A stretch of 64,000 nt of DNA, from the NCBI GenBank assembly GCA_051294905.1, contig CM119378.1:11160001-11224000 (forward strand), given 5' to 3'. A program made the position numbers and the translations under genes. Source of the DNA: Botryllus schlosseri (taxonomy: Eukaryota). Under the pieces are notes generated by a model that had not been told where the DNA came from, ran no database searches, and saw only the letters and a list, made by a program, of their open reading frames with translations. Positions 24,801 through 35,470 of this stretch are shown here, one piece after another. The first letter of the stretch is position 1; each line of letters begins with the position of its first letter.

Positions 24801-27800
24801 TGCAAGCAAGAAAACATAGCTGTGTACTCCTGAAAAGCAGAAGTACATCATTGCTATCGCGTAGAAATATATGTTTCGTAATTGGCAGCGTTGATGAATC
24901 TACTATAGCGTATTTTCTAACAGGAACTTGGGAATGAACAATATCGCTACGGTTCGAAATGGTGACTTCGACGATCTTCCTCTGCTAAAAGTTCTGTAAG
25001 TATCGATTTCCACGTATCTCTTTTCTCTACGGCCCATGGGATCGAGGGTCAGAAATATTCTGAGGAGAAAGTGGCATCACCATTATATTGTGATTAATAT
25101 CATACATATATACGTCTGTTGGTTAGTGTCAAATGATACGATAGTGCCAATTGTTGTCGGAAACAGATAATACGTGAACCGCCTAATAAGATGTATGCCC
25201 TTATCGTATAGTTTTCCGTATCGTTGCAGATTGCTGAAGCACAATTTCATTTCACGAATCGAGAACAAGGCATTTGCGCAGTCGGTCAACTTGCAAATTA
25301 TGTGAGTACGCATTTTGAAGACCATACTTTTACGCAGTGGCGTGTCCAGGCGGCCAAGTTCTCAATTTTACATCGGTCAAGATTAAGCGATTTCAAACTG
25401 TCTGAAATGCGGGTAGTCAGCTAACAATTGTAGCTCACGCGCAATTGCCCTCGTGATGTGTTGGTGCGAGCTGTGAATTTACCTTTCAGTGTCAGTTGTA
25501 GCTTGCAAATGATGACTGATCCGGTTTATTGTTTGTTTGCTAGTACTTGGTTCGATCGTTTGAGAAATCGTTGACTGAAAATTGCGGTGGTATATCATTG
25601 AAATTTCATTATATCTCGAATTTTCCGTACGAGGTGTCGTGTGTAGCATTCCGTGAATTAATACCGCCAACGGTTTCAAAGTGTGATCGATGGACTTCGT
25701 GAAAAAGTATCTGTCGAAAACGCTTACCTGAACGCACATGTTCAGTTCATGTTCAAATTGAGTCCGCCCTCATACATCGTTAGGGTTGCATTTAAAACAA
25801 ACATATTTAAAACATGGCCCTTGTTAAAAACATCGTATTTTTGTTGTTTTTTAGCCATGACTTCATGAATATTCAATTGTTATGTCATAGTCGATTAACA
25901 TTGGCAATTGAAAATATAGGGTAAATATAGCTCTTTTGATGAAATATATACATACTATAGCTGTTGAAGCGACTATTTTGAGGTTTCCAACCGTCCAGTA
26001 TCGTATACGTGGGCTTTAACCGGTGATAATCGTCCGTAGGCTCATACGACATGTTTTTTGAAAAGAAGAAAAAAATTGTTTTTTTAAAAGGCCTTTGTTT
26101 AAAACACTGTTTAACACATGTTTTAAACAAAGCGTTTTTAAACAACCACTTGTTTTAAATGCAACGATAAAAATTCCGCTAAAAACGGAAAATTCGCTTT
26201 CCCCTTGTCCAGTGACCAATGACCAATATATATACCAATAAGATTTTTATGAAAGCACGCTACCGAAATATCAATTTATTAAAGAAGTCGCGCAAGCCTC
26301 GCACGAATATTTTTCTCCCAACGCATTTCAGTCCTATCGACAGCAAACAAACACTAACTGTGGACAATAAAATAATGCACACGGAAAACGCATTGGTTAG
26401 GCTACTTACTCGATAATGCTATAATCGCAGATTCCGTTACATTTTACTCGAAATATTCCTCTTGGAATCGAATTGATGAAGCTTTACATGAGTGGATCAT
26501 TTTCAACGAACCCAAGGCATTCGATGCAATGATTCTAGATTCAGGTTATTGAACGCTTTCCCTATGTCCTTTCGGATTACGCAGTAGATTTAATTCATTT
26601 CAAAGACTTACAACGGCTCAAAAAAAAGGTTATTGGTCTTCCATCATGCGTTGTTGGAGTGTATGGCGGTCCGCGCACTGATCTGATCGCGCTTGGCACC
26701 CACGGGTAATAAATTATTCATCACCTTCCGACACAAATACTCATCGACGTTACGCTTCTTACCACGCAATTGGCGGTGTTGAAGTGATTTATATGTTAAG
26801 ACAGGTCTGCCCTTATCTGGCCATTATTTCGGTGGATGTAAATCGATTTTGACCGGAACACGTTGACAAAATAGTTATACCAACAGCTATCGACCAAAGC
26901 ATTACAGGTGCATTGCGCTCTAAATATGATGCGATCTCGTGTTACAGTTAAGAGTGTCATAAAATCTGGCAGCAGTCGTTTTCCTCCAGGTTAAAGATTA
27001 CAGGAGTTGTACCATTCCACTCCACCCATCTCTGTGGTATCGAGGTCACCTATCCACGCATATATATACTGCTCGGGTATATTTCAAAGCGGCAGCTTTT
27101 CACTTGCGGGTTGTTTTTGGCTAATCGGGGCTTTTACTAAGACTTACTTAAAATTTACGAGGTTACTTCCACTTCAACTGCAGTATACAGCGTCGATCAG
27201 GCCTACTGTCTTGGTCACATCTAGCGTTATCTAAAGGTCCGTTGCCGCTGTGGATATTAAGATGAGCCAGGGCTAGGCTAAGTCACGGTGACTGGAGATC
27301 ACGCTGAGCTGTCCGCAATCCTGATTGTACTTTGCTGACCTATATGTAGCACGCTAACATGCTGTATATATCCAGCATTCCACGAGCGATGTTTATAATA
27401 CCAAGAGTACAAAACACGAGACGAAGGTTCCGACAATAGAAGCGAATGAGTAATCCGCTGATAGTCTCGCGATAAGCGACGTGCCGACACAAATTCGCGC
27501 TCAGGCACACCTGTGCCGGAATCGCACGCGTTTGAGAGCTATATTACGTTCGGTACATTGATTGCCGTTCGAATTTGAACGTGTGTCGCGTTTGTTTGCA
27601 TGTCAACAGTAAGCCACCTGCTTTCCGCGGTACGTATTTTGTGATACTCAGGCATAGGACGGAAGGATATGTCGTTTTCGGTCGTCCGTCGCGAGATGGC
27701 GTCTGATTGAATGGATATCCAGATCACGTGATCAATTTAATAGCTGTTGCCAGATATTTAGTGCTATCGTGGCCCCTCTTTGCTGTGTAGTTTAACGCCT

Positions 27801-30800
27801 GACGTCGGTATTTCGTATTTGACAGTGATTTATCGAACAACAACCTATCCGTACTACCGCCAGCCATCAAATCAGCGCTGAATTTACATACGTTGTGAGT
27901 TTGCGTGAAATTTTTTGATAGAGTTTGATTAACTAGCTAAATTTTTCTAACCATTCTAGGACCCTTTCCGGCAACCGCATTTCTTCCATTCCCGATTTCT
28001 CATTCGCCGGCAACAGCCGGCTTACAGAGCTGTAAGTTGTCATTATCGTAAGGCGCTAGCATTGTCGCGTATCAACTCAGGTTTATATTTGCACGCAGCA
28101 CTCTCACCTTGAACCCCATCAAAACGGTGGAGCGTACGGCGTTCACCGGGCTGAAGGACCTTCTGGCGTTGTAAGATCTTCGTCGGTTACACCGTGTTAG
28201 CTCCACGTAACGCGATACTTTATTGGCAGATCGTTGGAGAATGTGCAAGAATTGACTGAATTCCCAGATCTATCAGGATGCACTCAGCTAAAATCATTGT
28301 AAGTTTGTATGCGACAAATTATGGTGGTTCCTGGTTCCCTTAGTTGGTGCACTTTCCGACCGGTCCCGCAAAGAGATATCAATTTCATTCTCAATCGTGA
28401 AATTTAAGTGCTTGAAGGTTTCTCCGTCAACTGGAAAAATAAAAGACTAAATTTATAACTGATTTAGAATTCTAGAATGTATAATTTAGAACGCTTTCTG
28501 ACGTGATATAGAGTTCATGGTCTACTTTGGAATTCAAGTGTTCTACCAAGTTCTACCAAACTGTTTAAAGGTAGCCTACAACTCGTTTAAGACCAGTAAT
28601 ATCTGAATGCTAACAAGACGCTGTAAACGAAATTTTACAAATTTTTACTGCACAATTTAGCAACATTAGAGAGTATAGTAGAATATAACGAACGGCGAAG
28701 TCGCATTTTTCGAAAGAAATTCATCAGAAGTCAAGTTGGGAGGTTTTGATAGGGACCTACCTTGCAGAAATTGCCGGTGTACTATCAAAAAGACTGCAAC
28801 AGACTAATCATTAAATGCTTTGTATTGGGTTGTATAGATTTTTCGTAGTTAGCCTACGTTCTGGGTTGATTTTAATTTTTGCAATTTTTTAACGCCCGTC
28901 TGCGAAATTTGTTTTGAAATTTAACCTTATTCGCTCCGCAGAGGGCCACTGCGATAAACCAACCCACTGACGATTGCGTTATAAATACAGCGCGATAAGC
29001 TGGATTGTTTGTGTTCAATGCGTTGCAAATGCAGCTGAATATAAAAACACTTTCAGAACGCTGTCGGGAGGCAAGCTCGGCGGAATCCCGCAGGAATTTT
29101 GCGGTCACGTGCCGAACTTGCGCGCGTTAAATCTGCAGCGCAACCGCCTCTCGACTATCTCTGGATTGTCGGCCTGTGCGAACCTGACTGAACTCGACGT
29201 TTCCGAGAACGAAATTGCGGAGGTGCGCGCGCACGATACGAAAAATCTCACCAAGATGCGGTCCTTGTAAGTCGTCGGCGAACTATACGGTGCGCTATGG
29301 ACAACGTAAATCATACGATACGCTTTCGCAGGAACTTGGGACTGAATAAAATCAGCCGACTCGATCAGGATGTCTTTTCGAACATGAACCACGTTGAAAC
29401 ATTGTGAGTGTATTTTGTTTCGTCAGGGCATTCCGCGGTTGCGTGTATTTAAATAAATTATGAGCTTTCAATGAACGTTTATGCTACGACGGTGGGAGCT
29501 CATGCGGGATTTCCTCTGTTATTACCATCGACTGCGATGACGCTCTCATTCGTTGGCGCACTGGGCACTGTAGGTCGCCTCGTCTGTTGAGAGGTGTACT
29601 TTATGGTGTTCAACGAACGAGCTTCACTGATTTTGATTTTATTGCTATCCATAAATGTGCAGACCACCAAATAGCTAAGATTTTAATTGTTGCAATAATA
29701 GTAGTGCCTTCGTCGATCGAAATTAGGTTTTAACATGTGCCAAAAAGCTGAGCAATTTCACATCCTCGATTAATCGTGAAATGTCATTTTTGTGATTTGA
29801 TCCAACCTCATTATTGTCACAGAGGGGTGAATCATGGTTGGGGTTGGGGTTGATTGGGATTACCAATCGAAAAAAGTTTTGATGATCCGGAGCTGGCGTT
29901 ATTTTTGACGGTCAGACAATATATTTCGTTGGTCCTGCATAAAATGTAGGTGTTTGAACTGTCCTGTTATATGACACGGAATATTGATTGGTACTCAATT
30001 TCTCGATTCGGAATCAAATCATTCAGGTACTCGATTTAGCTGTCCCCTAACTGTTGCCCAACGCGGAAATCGTTGGAACGCTGGAAAACAATGTAGTGTA
30101 GATATTGTCGTGGCGAAAGAGGAAAAAACACTCTCTCATCCCCATCTATTTTTTCACATTGTGTTTGTTACCTCACGTTGTGTGACGGGTCCGTGGACAT
30201 ATGAGCATGCGACATTTACAGCATGCGAGACTTTGGTATGCGACAATTTGGCATGCGACACATGAGCATGTGGGTTAAGTTACGGGTTAGGGGTAGGTTA
30301 GGGTTGGATTTATGGTTGGGTTGGGTTAGGTTTAGGCTTTAGGTTAGGTTAGGGGTAGGGTAAGTTTTTGGGTTATACAGTCACATGCTGAAGTGACGCA
30401 TGCTGATGTGTTCGATGCTGAACTGTCGTTTTCCATTGTGTCGCATGCTCAATTGCTCATATGTCGGGCAACCGTGTGACGACTCTTCGTTCAAAATTCT
30501 CCCGTCCAAATATAGAGGGTCATGCTGCAATATATATAGCTTTCACACTCCCTTTGTCTGCAGAAATCTGGCGAGAAATTCGTTCACCTTCCTCCCGATG
30601 CGTGGCCTTGGCAACCTGCGCGAACTCAACATCAGCGGCGTGCACACGATGCTGTACTTGCCGCCAGTCGACCTGTTCCACAACCTGCGAAGTCTCGCCG
30701 CCTACTACCCGTACCACTGCTGCCAAGTGTCGAAAATCCGCACCAAGCCCATCAACGTAAGAGGCGATAATCATCGATAAAAACATTGATTCCCAAACTG

Positions 30801-33800
30801 TGGTGCATGCAGAGGTGGTTGAAGTAGTCGACATGGTTACTCAATTGAAGTAGAAGTAACGTCGAATATTTCTGCTCACTTACAAGTAGAAGTAGCAATT
30901 TTCAACGCATGTGAAAACTGCTTCAAGTGGTAGTAGAAAATTTAAATACTTAAAGTACACGAGGAAGTAGTTTCAAACGTAAATTTGAGCGAGGGGTCGC
31001 ATACTTTTAGCGGGTTATGAGATGTGGGTACATTTAAATTTCACGATTTATCTTCGCGACTAACACAAACTGACTAATGATTCTTCAAATTAGTACGTTC
31101 TTCGTAAATATATAGTCAGTTTGCGTGTCCGATTTTTATGATAATTTCAATCCTTAAAATAATACAAACCTATCATAAAACTACATTCAACTTTACAAAA
31201 TACGAAGTGCAAAAGTAATTACTTTTCGCGTAAAATTGTTCATGTTGAAGTAGGAGTGGAAGTCGTCTAAAAAACTCATGAATATGTAGTGCAAGTTGGC
31301 AAAACCTGCTTGAGTACTCTAAAAATGTAGTGTGTTCTTCGTTACTGACCATTTCCGGAAATCAGTGGATTAACTAACTGGATAATACACAACGGGCCGT
31401 GATCTCTCTCTCGATCTCTCTCTCTCTCTCTTTGACACCTCAAATCTCATTACAGCCGGGTGCCATGCAGCGTGATTTCATCATAGCATTGGGAATGGCC
31501 GAACACATCCCTATGACATCACCAGTGCAATGCTCGCCGAACGCAGGCCCAATGACTCCATGCGAGGACCTTCTGCCTTCCACGCCTATGCGGGTGTTTT
31601 GGTGGGCGGCGGTCGTGCTGTCGTTTCTTTTGAACTGCATCATTATCGTGTCGTGCGCAGTGAGGTATATCTCCAGGAAAAGGTCGGTTGGGTCCGACGA
31701 GGAAATGCTCGGGAGGATAGACCCCGAATCGCCTTACACTTCCAACAGCCGGGTTGTGGTGCACGACTCTGCCTCGCTAACCCCGCATTACTGCCTTAAC
31801 ATCGGCCGAAACGGAGTTACATTTTACGGAAGCGAATCGTTTCATGCTACGCTGTGTCACTTGGCGTTGGCCGACGTCTGCGTCACGGTGTACGCAGCCA
31901 TAGTGTTGGGTTACGACCGGACCACGAGAGGAGTTTTCGCGGAAGATGGCGCCTGGTGGCAGCAATCGGCAATGTGTCATTCCGCTGGTTTTCTACTGAC
32001 TTTCGGCACGCAACTCGCATTCGGGACCGTGTCCGTGATGGCCGTGGAGAGATACTTGGCGGTTATGCATCCGTTACGTGCCGAAAGACGCATGCGTAAA
32101 ACGATGTTGATCACGTCTTTGGCTTCCGTGTGGGTTATCTCGATCGCTACGGGGATCGTTACTTTATACGGGGGAGCTGAGTATGGGGAAGAGGATGCAT
32201 TTCTGAATACGCTACCGGCGAAGAAGGGAGCCGCGTGCTTACCTTGGACCACCGAGTTCGTTTATATGTCTATAATGGTAGGGGTGCATGCATTGATGTG
32301 TGTCGTTACATGCGCGGTGTGCGCGTCTATGCTGTGCAGGCCGAAGCGATCTTGGCTGAGTCCGGGGAAAGGTTCTAGGACGCAAGCGACTCTGACAGTC
32401 GCCGCCAATATCTTTTTAATATTACCTATCGCTTTGCTGGCTGTGATCGTGTCCGGACATGTGACATTTTCGGACTTGACGCCGGTATACGGCGGGAAGT
32501 ATTCGGGCGCTGGAGACGGCCGTGTGGTGTTCGACATGGAGAGTATCCTGTCTTTCGCGCTGTTTGTCATTCCGTTACGCCCTCTTCTGAATCCAGTCCT
32601 GTTTTTGATCTTCAACAAGCCCCTGCGTCGTGACATTGCGTACGTTGCGAAACACGCGCTGTTTATGAACTCCACCACGCGGCGGACTTACGCGCAAAGT
32701 CAAATTCTCGAGCCCATGTTCGATTCCAGAACGAACAGCGAAGTGCAAACGGGAAATCAAACCAGTTTCCCAGATCTGAATCACGTCTACCGCACGGAAC
32801 GCATCATAAGACCGTCCCTCGCGTACGATAACCGAGGAATCGCGTCTTCCAGCTCTGTCAGTTACCACGCTCCTAGTCAGTCTCTAGGTAGTAATCGCTG
32901 TAGCGAGTATCAACGATCTAGTCGCTCTAACGAGTATCAACGATCAAATTCCGAACGCAAGCGTCGTAAGCGGTATACGAGATCGCAGCGAGCCGGTAGG
33001 CTCGCCGGGGACACTGACCCGACGACTGAGTCGGACGTGATTACGTTCCATCGCGCTGCGCAGGCTGTGTATTACGATCCGGACGCGAGAGAGCGCAGGA
33101 GGAAAAAACTGAGCGTACGCAGCGGAGGCGTGAACGCAAAAGACGAATTCCAGCGTCTTGTTTTTCCGCGGGAAAATCCGCGGTCTTCGTCGGATCACGT
33201 AACGGAGTCGACGATTTACCCGATCATGCCTTCGACGATCAGCGCGTTAGCCGGTACGTCATGCGCTCGACGCCAGGGCGTGAGCGATTCTTCGAAAAAC
33301 TTGTCTTGTGACGCTGACGCATCTGAGTTGTCCTCTGTCGAGGAATTTTCCGCAAGACGTTGCGATTCGACTTTGCGGCCCAGGTATGGCGTCAGCGAAG
33401 CGTCTTCTACCATAATTCCGTGCTCGGGTGGCCAGAACAAGCTTTTAGCCGACTGCGAAACGTACGACGCCGACCGTGAAATAGCGGCGATTACCTCCAG
33501 TATGACAGTGATTTGCAACGGTCAGACGCCTGACTTCGGGAGTTGCGACAACCCGAATAACTCTCACTGTGTCCCTCCGCGGGGAAATCTAGACGGCGTG
33601 CGACCTCAATTGGAAGAATCGTGCGCTCCCGCGTTAAGCGGAGGCGAAATTCTAAATCCCGATAGACGAGGGTATCCTCTGAACTCTACGTCCCGTCCAT
33701 CGGCCAATGCGGGAGAAAAACTCGGGAATTCCTGCGAATATTGCGACTCGTCAACGTCAAAAGACTCTGGCATTCATTCCGAGATTGACTCTACCAGCGG

Positions 33801-34038
33801 TGCATCGTACTCTGACACGAGTATGGGTCGCAGGTTACATTATTCAACCAGCAATTCGGGTTTGAAATCGATAACGGATCGCGCCGTTGATATAAATTAT
33901 GATATTTCTTCTTACGCCCGCGATATAGGCATGATCTCGAACGGGGAATGTAGCAATGCCCTTGAGATAAGTCCGACCACAAACACCGAGTCTACTATGC
34001 CGAAGGGTGTTAGCGTTAATGCGTTAACGTTAGCGTGA
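18845..34038 (+). CDS. LGR4/5/6: Leucine-rich-repeat GPCR, LGR type B (LGR4/5/6 / rickets-like); 5' exons not resolved
   Basis: GT-AG-bounded LRR exons with phase-2 introns: 18845-18916 (HLSGNKLREFPQNVFSSLKKLEIL), 23044-23115, 23175-23318 (...LEHLWLDANLLTEIP...), 24924-24995, 25230-25301, 27826-27894, 27960-28031, 28099-28170, 28230-28298 (ELTEFPDLSG), 29057-29266, 29332-29403, 30564-30756 (YPYHCC cap). The terminal exon 31456-34038 has CSPNAGPMTPCEDLL, seven hydrophobic segments, ERY and NPVLF. About 16 LRRs are visible, which fits type B. Confidence 0.9.
21275..21944. mobile_element. Foldback (long inverted-repeat) MITE in an LGR intron
   Basis: Arms about 21275-21595 and 21627-21944 are near-identical reverse complements around a 31-nt spacer. 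Termini GGCC..TAGGGCTCTTCAAAAA / TTTTTGAAGAGCCCTA..GGCC. A diverged partial copy lies at about 35750-35870. No TSD resolved. Confidence 0.85.
25781..26169. mobile_element. TAGGG-type MITE (hAT-like)
   Basis: TIR TAGGGTTGCATTTAAAACAA...TTGTTTTAAATGCAACGATA, with many TTTAAAACA subterminal motifs. Related fragments near 14740-14900 and 17820-17890. TSD not conserved. Confidence 0.65.
30181..30483. mobile_element. Small interspersed element with subterminal inverted repeats and a central degenerate (GGGTTA)n tract
   Basis: GACATATGAGCA...TGCTCATATGTC and GCATGCGACA...TGTCGCATGC inverted motifs flank a G-rich GGTTA/GGGTA run at about 30264-30375. A related fragment lies at about 42610-42655. Confidence 0.6.
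30810..31355. mobile_element. AGTAGAAGTA-rich MITE family (CAGAGGTGG-type ends)
   Basis: Copy starts CAGAGGTGGTT and is rich in AGTAGAAGT motifs. Homologous copies lie at about 17160-18050, 24260-24720, 51820-52370 and 54280-54360. Confidence 0.6.
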
Positions 34039-34617
34039 CAACTCAAGCATGGTCAGTCTAGATTGTGTGTTTCTTCTGTGAACGTAACGCATTTTGGAGT
34101 TCCGATACTTTGATTCATGAACTTGTGTCCTATTTTATGATCTTGTTTGTTCGTTTATGTTGCTCATTTTACCTTTTTTGCTGTCTTTGTAGCGTCAACT
34201 TGTTCAAACCATTCTATTTTATATTCTACATCGAGTCATATCACTGCCACGTTTTACTGTCGGTCATTCTTGAAATAGAATTTCTGTTCGGGATCATCGG
34301 TTTGCGCAGAACTTGCATCATTGAAGAAATTAGCGAGGCAAGTCATGTTAAGTCAGAACCAATTTGCCTTGTACGGCAGCCATAGGGCGTCAAGATTGTA
34401 AAAAGGCGCTACCCCACAGTCCGGAGACCAGCTGACGTCCTAATATCGATAAAGACAGTCAATGTCATCTCAGAAGACCTCTGGATGACATTGGCGTACC
34501 AAACAACTGTTCGAACTTTCAGACCCTTTCCGATCACGATATTTATTGAATATGCGAATCCTAATTCAGATCATCATTTTCCACCAAAATCGTTTCAAGC
34601 TACCCGTGGGTATGGTG

Positions 34618-35470
34618 CAGTGTTGGGATCTAGTCACTATACCTTTGAGTCACGAGTTATCTCAAGTCATTGCACATTTTGACTCGAGTCAAGTCAAGTC
34701 AATCGATTCCTGAAGGTGACTCGAGTCAAGTCAAATCACTCGATTTTTGAAGGTGACTCGAGTCAAGTCAAGTTGATTTTTAGAAGTACGAAGCATAATT
34801 ACGTCATTGCATTTTGATAGCTGTTCGAAAGTCGCCATATATTTCGAATCGAGGGACGAATACAGAGTTAAATAAACATGCAAAAAGGCGTCGTATCGCT
34901 CACGCATACGTAGAACTGCTAAACTATGTATAAGTAACTGTATAGCCTCAGTCTATAGTTATCAGTCAAAATTGAGAATAGAATACGGACCCTCAAAAAC
35001 GAATTGATATGAGCCACCTACGCATCGGTGAGATACAATTTTAGCCTGCGCCGATGGTTGGCGAGTAATATAACCTTATAAACTATATTAAAATTCGATT
35101 TAAATCACACAAGGGGTTTGGTTAAAGTGAGTACCGACCGTAATGAGCAGTCAATAGAACAGAGATAGAGATACTTTGACATTATATTACTTTACTACTA
35201 GTTTACGATAACGTAAGCTGTAAGGTCCGATCACTTCGTCGGCGGTCAATTTATTTGTGATAGAACAATGGAGGCTCAGTAAAACGCAGAATCATTGGGT
35301 GATTGTTCACTCTCTCAGATCATACCAGAGTTTCGCGCACAATCCGAATATATGCAAGGTCAGTCATGTTTATCGACACCGTGACTTGATGACTTGAAAT
35401 TGACTCGTAAATTTTACTCCAAGTCACGAGTCAATCCACATTTCTGAAACGTCAAGTCAAGTCATACGAC
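34618..35470 (-). mobile_element. Inverted, one-end-truncated copy of the 13000-13959 hAT element
   Basis: Starts CAGTGTTGGGATC. The internal sequence aligns by eye to the reverse complement of about 13050-13959. The other TIR is missing. Confidence 0.8.

Noticed and set aside
31399-31455. Start of the 879-aa ORF in the track (MISLSISLSLSLTPQISLQ)
   Set aside because: It is intronic (CT)n and polypyrimidine sequence upstream of the TTACAG acceptor. The real exon begins at 31456.
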